Origin: Pavona decussata
Taxonomy: Eukaryota
Assembly (NCBI GenBank): GCA_977016875.1
Contig: CDRNST010000006.1
Coordinates: 806,001-870,000, forward strand
Length of the DNA stretch: 64,000 nucleotides
Direction of reading: 5' to 3'
Below are positions 1 to 12,851 of the stretch, piece by piece. The first letter of the stretch is position 1. Every line of letters begins with the position of its first letter. The position numbers were made by a program, and so were the translations under genes. The notes under the pieces were generated by a model. It saw nothing but the letters and a program-made list of their open reading frames with translations, ran no database searches and was not told where the DNA came from.

Positions 1-273
1 CTTTCTTGAATAAACATCATTCTCATTCATTCACCAGGCTGGAAATATACCATCACATTTCTTTCATATACCACACGTTCGACATTCAAATCCTAGCAGT
101 ATGCAGGATGTTTGTCCCATGAACCTAGTTTAATGGCCTTAGCTCCCATGAGTCTCCTGTAGCTCAGTGGCAGAGCATCCGAACTAGTATTCGGAAGGTC
201 TTAGGTTCGACTCCTGATAGGAGCACTCGGATTTCTTTTTTCCGAGTATGCCTGCGTCACTTTCTTGAATAAA
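1..273 (+). repeat. tRNA-derived tandem/SINE-like repeat unit (family 1), about 259 bp
   Basis: tRNA-like core at 154-223 with A box (TAGCTCAGTGG), a paired anticodon arm (CCGAA..TTCGG) and B box (GGTTCGACTCC). CTTTCTTGAATAAA is repeated at 1 and 260. Related copies lie at about 24420 and 34750-35180. Confidence 0.7.
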
Positions 274-1016
274 TTATATCTATCAGGAAAAAAATTGTTA
301 ACGCGTCTGTAATAAGCAGGATATAAGTGCGAAAGACTAACTAAAGGACCGTATTTAAAATTTGAATAAAATTTAGTTAGAGTGGGTATTAAACCGATAA
401 CCCTTTTAAAAAGGCTAAACGGATAGAATATAACATTGTTAGTGTCCATTTGCTTTGAGAGCAAGCAAGTTAGGGCAAGACTCGACAAAATTTTGACCTA
501 ATCCATTTTTCCAACTGTTTAAATGCCATGAAATACTTCTTTTCACACCCTACGATACTTAATAAAAAAATGCATTAGCAACTTACATGTAAATTATCGT
601 GCATGCTGAACTGGTGGTCCAATTGTTCCCTAAAGTTGACGACCTGGAAATTGATGTTAATATTGAGAAAAGTATAAATATTAATTTTTCTGTATTATGC
701 GCTGGGCATCATGCGTCCTATTTTGTATATGCAGGATAAATAAGGACCCCGAAATACGGATATTCTCTTAATGAAAATATATCATAAGGTTAAATCGTCA
801 TTTCATTTTAATGTTAAACCTTAATTATAACAAGAAACGCCAACGCTCAACCACTTATTGCTATTTTAAATACAGCAGGTTTGAGGAAGTAATAGGTGTC
901 ACGGAAGATGATCACGTTAATTACAGCTTATTCTGGAACGGCGCTGAGTGACACGAATGCGCTTTGCTAAGCGCGCGTCAGAAATACGGAGTAAGCACCG
1001 CCTGTGTCTCTTAACA

Positions 1017-1937
1017 ATGACGAAAAACAACTTGACTGGAGGCATGAAAGAACCGTTTGCTGAACTGTTATGTACAACAGAATTAACTGGTGGACTACGC
1101 TATGAGTTAACATGTCTTTCCGTGATAAACATAATCCTGTCCATTGCTACAATTTTGGGGAACACGTTGATCCTTGTAGCTCTTCACAGAGAGACTTCCC
1201 TTCATCCGCCATCAAAACTCTTGTTTCGTTGTCTGGCGATAACTGATCTCTGTGCTGGGCTTCTTACACAGCCTTTAACCGTAGCGTTTTGGATGTCCAT
1301 TGTGAACGAGCGTTGGGAAGTGTGTCGGTATACATTGTCCTCGATAATCGCAGGGTATGTCCTGCTTTCAGTATCTTTGTGGACTCTGACCGCCATCAGC
1401 GTTGACAGACTCCTCGCTCTATTGTTAGGGCTGAGATATAGACAAGTTGTAACTTTAAAGCGAATGAGGGTGATTATAGTTGCCTTCTGGGTCACAGGCG
1501 CAGTCGGCACAGGATTGTTTTTCTGGGATCACAGGATAACGTTTTGGGGTGGCAACATATCTATAACGCTGTGTATTACAATTTCGATTGCTGCTTACAC
1601 CAAGATTTTTCTCACTCTGCGCAACCATAAAACTCAGGTACGAAATCACACTCAACGAGAGCAGAATCGAGCAGCTGCATTTAATCTTGCACGTTACAAG
1701 AAGGCAGTTTACAGTGCTCTGTGGCTACAGTTAGTTTTAGCTTTGTGTTATCTACCATATGGAATAACGGTAGCTGTCTCGACTAATATGGAAATGTCCC
1801 CGTCTGCTTTTCTGGCTAGACAGTGCACCGTTATTCTTGTCTTTTTAAACTCATCTTTAAACCCGATTCTTTACTGCTGGAAAATAGGAGAAGTGAGACA
1901 AGCGGTAAAAGACATAGTCAGACAAGTTTTCTGTTAA
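1017..1937 (+). CDS. Class A (rhodopsin-family) GPCR, cnidarian melanocortin/adenosine-receptor-like orphan; single coding exon
   Basis: Seven hydrophobic segments. Motifs: GN (TM1), LAITD (TM2), SVDRLL (DRY variant), CYLP (TM6), NPILY (TM7). The ATG at 1017 gives a typical short N-terminus with an N-glycosylation site (NLT). The track ORF starts at a GTG at 948. Confidence 0.92.
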   Translation: MTKNNLTGGMKEPFAELLCTTELTGGLRYELTCLSVINIILSIATILGNTLILVALHRETSLHPPSKLLFRCLAITDLCAGLLTQPLTVAFWMSIVNERWEVCRYTLSSIIAGYVLLSVSLWTLTAISVDRLLALLLGLRYRQVVTLKRMRVIIVAFWVTGAVGTGLFFWDHRITFWGGNISITLCITISIAAYTKIFLTLRNHKTQVRNHTQREQNRAAAFNLARYKKAVYSALWLQLVLALCYLPYGITVAVSTNMEMSPSAFLARQCTVILVFLNSSLNPILYCWKIGEVRQAVKDIVRQVFC

Positions 1938-2075
1938 TCCCCACTTAGTGATTAGCTAACTGATATTTGCATTTTCTAAAGTAAGAGTAAAGTAAAAATA
2001 TTGCAGTATCAGACAGTTAAGCTGTTTATGAAGGGACCTTCTATAGTTATTGAGTTAAGTTGGATGAAGGATGGA

Positions 2076-2460
2076 TAAATAATCTTACTCGATGGTTTTA
2101 CGTATAATACGCGAGGATATTTTACGAGTTGCGTATTATTTTCCCGAGCCTTTAAGGAGCGAGGAAAACTACGAGCAATGAGCCAAATGTCCGCGCGTAT
2201 TATACGTAAAACCATCAAATAAGAGATTAATTATTCCACTAGGAAAAGATTTTGTTATTTTGGCTTCTCTTTTCTGGTAAGAGCATTGAAATACACTCGG
2301 AATTATCTTATCTGTCCATCAGTATATGGTGCGTGCGAGTGACGTAAACAACACAGAAAGCCATTGAAATGTCTTTGTCTACAGTGTATTACGATCTTGT
2401 ATATCTGCGCGTTCTCTTGACCTTATTTGGCGAAATGACATAATAGTTGAATAATAAACA
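2076..2460. mobile_element. Non-autonomous hairpin element with Crypton-like architecture
   Basis: Inverted arms GATGGTTTTACGTATAATACGCG (2091) and CGCGTATTATACGTAAAACCATC (to 2216), with loop CGAGCCTTTAAGGAGCGAG. Internal TTATTCCACTA is complementary (1 mismatch) to distal TAGTTGAATAA. End cores TAAATA / TAAACA. Confidence 0.65.
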
Positions 2461-3059
2461 GTGGTATTTAACGTCAATCCCCCATTAGAATATGATTGTT
2501 AGTCAAATGTTATCAATACGTTTTTTACACAAAGTTTATTGCCACACCTAAAAGCAAGCAAACATTTTTTGTTGTTGTTTATATTTTATTCATGATGTTC
2601 ATGTAAAATATGGAGAATACAAAAAAGGCTTTTCATTTTCTGAGGAAGATCAGCTTTCAGTTACCTTGGTTACTGACTGTTACGTTAACAATAGCTCTAA
2701 TGCGAAACTATGATGTCAGAGGGTATAAACAGTGAACTGTTGCCCCAGAATGTTGACCGCTTCTGCACGTGAACAGAGCATGACGGAGAGAGGCGTGATG
2801 TCATAAATTTCATTGCGTCTTCCATTTGTTGTTGTTGTTATCGTTTTTTGCTTTTTGTTTTGCAAGATTGATCTATTTTATGTCTCTGTTGTGTTATGTA
2901 ACAAATCGTTTAAAGAATGTTGCCTCGAAAAAAAAAACAGTTAATATTGTTTCCTTCGAGACAAGCCATTAAGTGTTTACAATAAAATCTGCCATTCCAC
3001 AGCGACAAACCGATGAGTAGTGTTGGACCACTTGTAGACCTGGATCAGCAAATTATTTC

Positions 3060-3240
3060 AAATACAAAATATTGACGGCAGACTGATCCCAACGGCGGAC
3101 TTAACGAGCTTGATAAGATAAACAACAAATGCTAAAATAACTGAAATATACTTGTTTTATAAAAACAAGTATATTTCAGTTTTTCAAGCTCGTCACCTCC
3201 GTCGTTGAGATCAGTCTGCCGCCAGTATTTTGCATTTTAA
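3060..3240. repeat. Imperfect palindrome/hairpin centred near 3160
   Basis: GCAGACTGATCCCAACGGCGGA..ACGAGCTTGA pairs with TCAAGCTCGT..TCCGTCGTTGAGATCAGTCTGC. The inner palindrome is AACTGAAATATACTTGTTTT / AAAACAAGTATATTTCAGTT. Confidence 0.7.
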
Positions 3241-4055
3241 AAGTGTTTACTGATGTAGCGAAAGATAAAGGGAAAATTTCTGAAAGTCTCAAGCCGTGCA
3301 TCGTACCACAGGCATCCCAGCGCAAGTCACGAAAGAGCGTGTATATTTTGATACAGTTAAATCCCCGTGATTTCCGAGCCTCGGTGAATATCCATCGCCG
3401 CCAAAAATGCCCTCGCACTAGGCTGAAAATGAGCCTTTTCCGTATCCGATTCCACGATCACTCCTTTCTGCAAATGCAAACGGCCTTTGCTGAGGCTTGC
3501 GTCCGAGGTCAAATTAGCTTTCTATCCGAGGTGGTACAGTCATTTTATGTACAGTACTTACCTCACCCCCACAGCTCCATTGTCCCGTGCGACCAATGAC
3601 AGAACGTTAACGAGGCGGCGCAACGAGAGATCAGCAGACGTCCTTTCGAAACATCGAAACAAAATAAAATTTATTCAATGTTGGATCTAGCTGAAAATGT
3701 CATTATTTTGGCTTCCCTTTATTTAGATTTTTGACACCGTCGAACAATAATGTATAAAAAAAGAAAGCTAGATCTCCCTATACATATATATATTTTTAAT
3801 ACTTTTCAAATTAAATCCACAATTTTCACACCTCATATTACATTTCAACTTGTCCTTCAAGCGGCGAAACCTATAAAAGCGAACACTTTCTCACCGTGTC
3901 TGCCATCTTGGATTTTATCGCCGGGAAGACCCTGGGAAAACGTTACTCTCATTCTGTAGTGGCTAAACACGGTTCCAAGAGCATCAGGTGTAATTGCGTA
4001 ATTACGCCACATTTACGGTTGGTATTACATTTAGTGATGATACACACATTTTTAA

Positions 4056-7000
4056 GAGCCGTTGTCAGTAACTTTCGAGAATCCGGCGACAGAAGCGAAA
4101 ATTCGATCTTTTTTTTATTTGCCCCAAAAGACCCTTTTGGTAAACTATTTTCAAAAATAATATTCAAAAGTTCCAGCGAATTTTTATTTTGGCAAAAATT
4201 GTGAAAGTTCGAAATCGGCCAAAACGTACCCGATGGCCCTATTGAAATTATGCAAATTGGTACATTTTCAAAACTCTCGTTCAAGACAAGGCAACGTTTT
4301 CTCGCGTTGAAACTTTCACAATCGCTTTTACACCCCTTGTGCTTGCTTGCAAACTATATTTTATCTCGACCTGAACATTCTCTCATTTGAAGTTGTCCAC
4401 GTAAACAATACAATGTTTGCTATTCCTTAGATAGAGTGATCAGTTGCCATATTTCAGATGACCATATCATCGGGGGTATACAAATATAGTGGTAATGAAC
4501 AATCTTTTTTGAACGGGCAAATTTTCCTATTTATCATGTTAAAATATTTAGTTTAGCCCATGAAAAGCAAGCGCGCTAGGTCGAGATGTGTGGAATGCAC
4601 TTTGACACAATACGCCATTTCAGCACTTCACGTTCCTCTTGTTACTTTGCACGTGTCAATACAATTCACGGAAGCTTTTAAATAAAAGCCAAGGTCTCTG
4701 GTTTCATTTCATGCTTTTATACACTTAAATAACAAGCTTTAAACTTGCGTGCTCCCCATATTAGCATTAAGTTATCAAATTATTTTTTTCAGTTGAAATT
4801 TTCGAGTTTATATTCAGCCATTCAAGCGAGATGAAAGAGCCGTTCCCAGGGAAGTAACTTGAAATCAGTGAAATTAACACCCTGTCTCTCATATCATACT
4901 ACACTTTGAAACTACCGTTATTTTTAAACTAGAAAGTGTAAATTCTCCCTTTTTACGTGACGTAAAACAGAATTTGCCTAAAATATTACGAATGAAGTCC
5001 ACCGCAAGAAAAAACTGAAAAAATCGCGCACCGACGTAAAGTAAACATCGGCCGTTTCTCGACTTGCCACATGGATGAAACGCGTCCGTTGTTTTATCTC
5101 TGTATACATTTATGACCAGAAAGTAGAAACAAAAAATCTTCTCCGTACCCATCTGTATAAAGGCACTTGCCAACCAAGATTTTGCTTTTCTGTGTGTTTG
5201 TCGAAAATAATGAAGAATAGTGCAACATTGTTACTGACTACTTGACTCATTCTGTTCACAACCGGATAACACGACTGAAAACTAGATATAAAGAAATGCT
5301 CTTACTTGTCTACAATCATTACTCACATTTTATCTGGCGATATCACATCCCCGAGGCAAGGCTGAAAGTTGTCTCAAATTCCGCAGTTTAGAGATTCAAA
5401 GTTTTGAAGAACGCGAATAACTTTCATTGCGTGACAAGTGAAATGTGATACACAAGCGCGTGAAAAACATGGGAATAAACAATGTCAATTTTCGCGCTTG
5501 TGGTGACAGTGCGTAAATAATTTTTGAAATTACATGATGAAATTGAGGCAAGTCATAGCCTACAAGGTATATTTAATGGGATGAAACGATAATCATGTTT
5601 TTTTTTTCCTTCGAGATTCACTCTGTATTGTCTGTGCCGGTTCTCATCAATAACATTACAGGAAAAGTAAAACCGAAATTAATTTAAATCATGTCAACAA
5701 ATTAAGATTTCTTGAAACCTCAATGCAGTATTTCAATACTACATGGTCCTAAAACAAAAACGCTTATATATTTAGGAGAGTGAAGTTCAGTTGTCTTTCG
5801 CCATGTATCAACGCTCTAAAGTTGTGGATCAAGCTCAAAAGGTGGGCAAGATTTGCAATGTGTTATACGGCTAATCCATGCAATAAGGACGTTCACCATG
5901 AATGGAACGAAAAAAAAAAAAAGAATTCTTTAGAGGTTAACTTGTTAAAATACAATTGCGGCCAAACCTAGCTTTAATGTCTGTTTGAGATGAGTCACTG
6001 ATGGTGATAAAATGTTAACTGGAAATGCACAACATTATTTTGCATTATTGCTAACGGAAGGGCTGATCGATGAGATAAGAGTTTAACCTTAATTTATTTT
6101 CTAATTCGCAGTAGTGTCAAAGGACAAGGGGCACGACTGGTATTTCTCAGATTTTCGAGTTCGGTCTAAAAGACGGTGTTATCTCTTACGGGCTGTCATT
6201 GTTCAAGTCTGACGTTGTCATTGTTAAATCCTCCCAGCGTGCTCCAGAGTTTCCGCTACACGAACAGCCTTTGACCAGGCCAATGAGAGTATCTTTCGAA
6301 CATGTGTACCATAGTCTAGTGATTATTCAATAGGCCTTATCACGGTTTTCGACGCCATTTTGGCGAGTAGGCAAACACGTCTGAAATAACAGTGTTTGTG
6401 TGGAAATCCGATGTCAAATAATTTTCAAAAAACATCGCATCTGAAAAATTCATGAATTGGAAACTAGGAAAACGACTGTAAGTAAAAAAATTTGAGGGAT
6501 GTAGCTGTGTCAGAAAGCGTCCAGTCGTGTTTTGAACTTTCCATACATTTGTCTGTAAAGCGAACCAGCCGTGATCTGCTACTAAAAATAGTTCGCGGGA
6601 AAAAAATGCAGGGAAATGTATAGAAAGTTCAAAACACGACTGGACGCTTTCTGGCACAGCTACATCCCTCAATTTTTTTTCTTAGAATCCTTTCCCTAGT
6701 TCCAAAAGTTTCCAATTCATGAATTTTTCAGAAGCGATGTTTTATGAAAATTATTTGACATCGGATTCCCATACAAACACTGTTATTTCAGACGTGTTTA
6801 CCTACCCGTCAAAATGGCGTCGCAAACCGTGATAAGACCTATTTATGGTGGTCTTTATACGACATTGGTTGAAGATATAACTTTATTACGAGTTCCATTT
6901 GGATTAGATTAACCCACAGTACATGGATTGACAATGAACAACGATTCTTTGCTGTTCATTCCGCGGTCTCCCTTCGTCGCTAAAGATTTGTGACTTTTCC

Positions 7001-9067
7001 ATTTGTTACACGAAGGCCTTACTTCTCTCGGTGGTGAGAGCATATATAAAATAACGACGAATGGAAAGTTTCAATCGTAAATCATTATTCCTGGAATAAG
7101 GTCAAGTAATGCATAGCAGTGGATTTCTGTTTAAAAAAAAATAGGCGAAAATCAGAAAAGGAAATAAAATGTTCTTTCATGCGCTCAGTTTCACTCAAAT
7201 GAAAACACTTTACCTGCCCTTTCTAGTAACAACACTATATCGTCCTGAATTTCTTCATAAGCCCGATCTTTTGTGCCTTTATAGGTGCGAGCGAACGTCC
7301 TTTTTGCATTGATTAAGTGTAACACATTGCAAATCTACGTCAAATCTTGCGCATTTTTTGAGCTTGATCCGCATGGAGAGGTGCCCTGGCGAAAGAAAAA
7401 CTTCACTCTCCTAAATAGATAAGCTTTTTGTTTGAGGATAGTATTGAAATACCGCATTGAGGTTTCGAAAACTCATGATTTGTTTACTTTTCATTTTAGT
7501 TAATTTCGGCTTTATTTTGAGGGAAATAAAGGTTGTTGTTGTTGTTGTTGTTGATGAGAATTCGGTACAATTCCCGGAGGGGGGATACATGATTTCCGTT
7601 TCAATCCGGCGATCAAATATACCTTGCAGATCTTGACTTGCCTTAATTTCTTCTTGTAATTTAAAAAATTAATTTCGCACGGTCACCACAAGCGCGAACT
7701 GATTGATATTTTATTCCTGTGCTTTTCGCGCGCTTGTGTATCACATTTCACTTGTAACGCAATGAACGTTATTCGCGTTGTTCAAAACTTTGAATCTCTA
7801 ATATGCAGAATTTGAGACAACTTTCAGCCTTGCCTCGGGGATGTGATATCGCCAGATATAATGTGAGTAGCGATTGCAGACAAGTAAGAGCATTTCTTTA
7901 TATCTAGTTTTCAGTCGTATTATCCGGTTGTGATTGAATGAGTCATTAGTAGCAATGTAACAATGTAACAATGCTGCACTATTCTTCAGTATTTTCGACG
8001 AACACACAGAAAAACAAAGCCTGATTGGCGAGTGCATTTATACAGATGGGCATAGAGAAGATTTTTTGTTTCTACTTTCTGGTCATAATTGTATACAGAG
8101 ATAAAACAACGGACGCGTTTCATCTATGTAGCAAGTCGAGAAACGACTGAAGTTTACACTGACGTCGGTGCGTGATTTTTCCAGTTTTTTCTTGCGGTGG
8201 ACCTTACTCGTAATATTTTAGGCAAATTCTGTTTTAGGTCACGTAAAAAGAAAGCATTTACTCTTTGTAGCTTAAAAATAACGGTAGTTTGGAAGTGTAG
8301 CATGATATGAGATACAGGGTATTAATTTCACTGATTTCAAGTTATTTCCCTGGGAGCGGCTCTTTCCTCTCGCTTGAACGGCTCAACATAGACTCGAAAA
8401 TTTCACCTGAAAAGAATAATTTGATACCTTAATGCTAATATGGGGAGCACGCAAGTTTAAAGCTAGTTATTTAAGTGCATAAAAGCATGAAATGAAACCA
8501 GAGACCTTGGCTTTTATTAAAAAGCTTCAGTGAACTGTATTGACACGTGCAAAGTAACAGGAGGAAGATGAAGTACTGAAATGGCGTATTGTGTCAAAGT
8601 GCATTCCACACATCTCGACCTAGCGTGCTCGCTTTTCGCGGCCCAAACTAAATATTTTAAGGTGATAAATAGGAAAATTTGTCCGTTCAAAAAAGATTGT
8701 TCATTACCACTATATTTGTATACCCCCGATGATATGGTCATCTGAAATATGGCAACTGATCACTCTATCTAAGGAATAGCAAACATTGTATTCTTTACGT
8801 GGACAACTTCAAATGAGAGAATGTTCAGGTCGAGATAAAATATAGTTTGCAAGCAAGTACAAGGGGTGTAAAAACGATTGTGAAAGTGTCAGCTCGAGAA
8901 AACGTTGCCTTGTCTTGAACGAGAGTTTTGAAAATGTACCAATTTGCATAATTTCAATCGGGCCATCGGGAAAAATAGTTCACCAAAAGGGTCTTTTGGG
9001 GCAAATAAAAAGAAATTCTAATTTTCGCTTCTGTCGCCGGATTCTTGAAAGTTACTGACAACGGCTC
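4056..9067. mobile_element. Foldback-type non-autonomous DNA transposon (Kolobok-like), about 1.8-kb TIRs, TTAA TSD
   Basis: Ends are TTAA|GAGCCGTTGTCAGTAAC ... GTTACTGACAACGGCTC|TTAA. Inverted homology runs over about 4056-5897 versus 7292-9067. Purine-purine termini with a TTAA TSD fit Kolobok rather than piggyBac. Confidence 0.85.
6333..6839. mobile_element. Palindromic MITE nested in the foldback spacer
   Basis: Ends are AATA|GGCCTTATCACGGTTTTCGACGCCATTTT ... AAAATGGCGTCGCAAACCGTGATAAGACC|TATT. The inverted arms are about 230 bp. Confidence 0.85.
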
Positions 9068-11366
9068 TTAAGCTTTCCACAATTTTTTTTTTGTTTTTTT
9101 TTTGTTTTTGTTTTTTGTTTAGCTTTCTTTACGCTAAGCACTCTTTTTGGCAAATAATCTCAATAACTATTAGTGTTAGAAGACATTGACGTTCCGGGCT
9201 TTTTACTACATCGACTGGAAAAGTCTTGCCTATGGTTCGGTGTCATCAAAGCAATCATACTCTGCTATACAGTCCTTTCGTGCAGTTTCATATCCGAAAC
9301 TGCACGAGAAAAGCGTCGGTCATACAGGGTACAAAAGTTTTTCACGAGCCTGTCAATCAAATTAAATACAAAAACACTTCTTGGTACAGTTTACGGGTTT
9401 CAGGTTTTGGTTTCTTGTTTATTTTTCTAAACATGCTGATAACATGTCAAAACGATTTTTTTTTTAATTTTTAATGAATTTGTGACATATCAGTTTGTTA
9501 AGCTTTCCACTTTTGCCTCAGCTGGAACAACAAGAGTGCATTTACCATACGCGTATACTGAAATTATATGAATTCTTCATTATGTTGTGCTCTTTAAAAC
9601 CATTTCCTTTTCATTCTTTTGTACTAGGTCCTGACGTTAGTCAAGACAATGAACAAGCCCAAGCTATCATCCGGCCGCAAATTGTTGCCTTAATGGGCAG
9701 ATAATTTTATTTGAAAATAAAACAATTGCCTTTATACCCTTCCATTAACATAAGTTTTGTTTTGCTTGCCTGACACGACTTAGAACCTTATAAATTACTT
9801 GGTTTAAAAAAAAATCACCATTTACAAAGAAATATCGAATTTTGCTACACTTCTCTTTCAGCTTCGTCGTGAAAACACAGCTAATTCCATTCTCAATACT
9901 GTGCAGACAGGTATGTTATAAAATTAAATATAGCAGCTAGCGCTTAAATTATTAAAAGTTCACCACACTAAATTCATTTTTTAAGAAGCTCTCCAGTCTA
10001 TCCAGATTTTAGTTTCCTTTGGGGCGTAAACACAGAATATACTGTATAAATATTTTTGAGATTTTAGTAAAGCTTCAAAATTCGGTGACAAATTTAAGAT
10101 TTAGTGCGAGTCGAAATAAGTACAAATTAATTGAGATCTTCTGGCATTTTCACCGTGATTTGACTGCCATTTTGCCGGGGCAACTTCCTTATTTGCGCGA
10201 GTACAGAAGGCTGTTGGTTTCTTCTTAGAGTCTGGCAGATTCAACTGTCGTCATAAAATGCGTCTGTGAAAAACTCGTGGATAGTTTGTTAACTTGTCTA
10301 CTAAATAGATTGTAAACATGGTTTTCGATTTACAAGATAACAAAGATGATCGTCGTTATCAAAAATGATCACAAACAACGGCCGATGTTTGCGCCTTAGC
10401 TCTTAAAACGGAGATCAAACAATCTCTAGCTTTTCATTGACTTTGGACAACTTGACCAAAAAGGTCCAGCTATGAGGCAAATGATAATGTAGGCTAAGAA
10501 TACAGTTGTTTCTCATCTCTTACCGTGCATAAAGCGACAATTTTGAGTGCACAAATCGGACAGCAATTACCATGATCAGCCAACGGGAAATGTAAAGAGA
10601 AATGCAAAAGAGTAAGCGGAATACGAAAATTAACTATGAATAATCTGTGAAAGTTTTGACACTGGCTACAAATCACTAAATTCACATCTCCTTTCTTTTG
10701 CTAACTTTAAGAAAATATGAAGAATTTCAAAAAAGAATGGCATCTTTTTTAGACAATGACTAAGATTGAGATCAATCAAGCTTGTTTTTTTTTTCTCTCT
10801 TAAGATTTTCAGACTACTTTGAACAATAAATTGTTCAATGTCCAAATTACGTAATGACAGAATCCATTTAGGTTTTTTACCTGCTGTTTACCGGAAACAT
10901 TAAATTTCACTTCCATGTTGGGGATTATGAAGTTATTTTGTTCCTAGCTTTACACTAGTTTTAAGCACAACTCAGTACAATTGACAAGAAGTTAAAGACC
11001 TTGGCGGATTATCTAATAGCCGAAATGTATGTGACATTATAATCCCCTTAAGAGTCAAAAACCTTTGCCTTTAGTTGACATTAGTTTTTCCTTGCAAAAA
11101 GAAGCTTGAAATAAAGAATGTTTAATAAAAAGCAACCAAAAAATAAATAAAAAATAAAAACATCATATTAGCTAACACGAGGCAGTCAATTCGAAAAAAG
11201 ACAATTTATTCCTCCAGGTGTCTGAACCATTTTCTCTGTTAAGATAGGCATGGCAGGTCATACTTAACTAGGAAAAAAATGAATTAACTGCAAGCTACTT
11301 CCTAAATAGAAATCAATTATTGACAACATAGGCGCCAGTAATTTCCTTGCAATTTCATCTCAATTT

Positions 11367-11694
11367 CCGGTGCAGTGCTGTACAAACTGAGCTATCAAGC
11401 CAACTGGGATCTGGGGTCAAATTGTGAGTTCGTAATGAATCCCGCACTGCACCGGCATCGCAGGGGTCATGGGCTCGAATTAGGTTCAAGCCTGAATTTT
11501 TTTGGGCTTTCTTTTCTCAACTGCTTAAGTTGCGTAATGACTGTGGGGATCTTTCTCTCATTTCATCTTCCATCTGCAATTCAAAATACATGTTTCATAT
11601 ATTCAAAATCATTTATTCATCCTTCACGGATACAATCCGAACCCACAATATGACCAGCTCCCGGTTGGCTGATAGCACAGTTGGAAGAGCACTT

Positions 11695-11733
<39 letters not shown>

Positions 11734-12362
11734 AACCTGGATTTTTTTCGGGCTTTCTTTTCGCAAATGGTTAAAGTGTATAAGACAGATTTTTTTTTAT
11801 TTGCTTGATCGAATCTTCTTGTTGTTCTCGTATGAAAATCGAAAAAATAAATTCGCTATCGATTTTTCTTCCCCTCGTTTGAGGCGGTCAAAGACGTGAA
11901 ATTTCACTTCCGGGTGTGTACAAAACCGCGCAAGGCGGGAGACTAGGGATAGTGGACCTGTGACGTCAATACAAGAACGCCACTTTCGCGGATTCTCTGT
12001 TTCAGTTTTTTTCTTTATGCAAAGGAAGAAAGATGGTGCTGCGGTGCGTCGTTTACGGCTGCAGCAACACGAAAGACGTTAAATAAAAAGTGAAACAGAG
12101 AATCCCGCGAAAGTGGCGTTCTTGTTTTGACGTCACAGGTCCACTATCCCCAGTCTCCCGCCTTGCGCGGTTTTGTACACACCCGGAAGTGAAATTTCAC
12201 GTCTTTGACCGCCTCAAACGAGGGGAAGAAAAATTGATAGCGAATTTATTTTTTTGATTTTCATACGCGAACAACAAGAAAATTCGATCAAGCAAATAAA
12301 AATAATGTCTGTCATATACACTTTAAGCTGCGTACTATCTGCGAGGATCTTTCTTCTATTTG
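11367..12362 (+). repeat. tRNA-derived tandem repeat (family 2, about 245-bp unit) with an inverted 5' segment, interrupted by a MITE
   Basis: A box (TAGCACAGTTGG) and B box (GGTTCGAATCC) at about 11673-11727. The unit repeats at 11445 and 11690. A reverse-complement fragment lies at 11367-11436. The unit resumes after the TTAA at 12326. Confidence 0.7.
11775..12322. mobile_element. Kolobok-type MITE with TTAA TSD and about 235-bp near-perfect TIRs
   Basis: Ends are TTAA|AGTGTATA ... TATACACT|TTAA. The spacer encodes MVLRCVVYGCSNTKD, resembling the start of a THAP domain. Confidence 0.88.
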
Positions 12363-12851
12363 AGTGATCAAAATGTTAAGAATTATAAGCGAGTTAGAGA
12401 AGCACGTTATCTAGCGCGTTGCTTCATAGTTGATTGGAGAACCTATATCAGTCCTTTTAACGATTACAGGGAGATTTGATTCTAGTTTTCAATCAGTAAA
12501 GACCCGTTGTTCGCACTGCCACTATTGGCAAAAATTAAACAAACATCGCAGCCCGAAGCGCGCCCAACTTGTACTGACATTGCCGCTTATTCACTCTTGC
12601 GAATTCATCGCTAGAGATATAATAACAAATTAATGGTCGACTTGTTCCATAAACCACCTACATAAAAATTTGGTAAAAGACATTTACAATCTTCTTCTGT
12701 CTAACGGCGCCAAAAAAGGACCGATATTCTCACACCTTTTTATGTGCCTTTTTATGTTTTAAATATATGTCGCCAGTGTCCACTGCAATACAAGTTATTT
12801 TAAAATTAGTTACGGTTCTGGTTAACGACTGTATTCTTTTTATCTAGGAGA

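Noticed and set aside
154-223. Functional tRNA gene
   Set aside because: The anticodon loop and acceptor stem are irregular, and the sequence is embedded in a dispersed repeat with several degenerate copies in the window.
948-1016. N-terminal extension of GPCR1 from the ORF track
   Set aside because: It starts at GTG and is basic and unlike a receptor N-terminus. ATG 1017 is more plausible.
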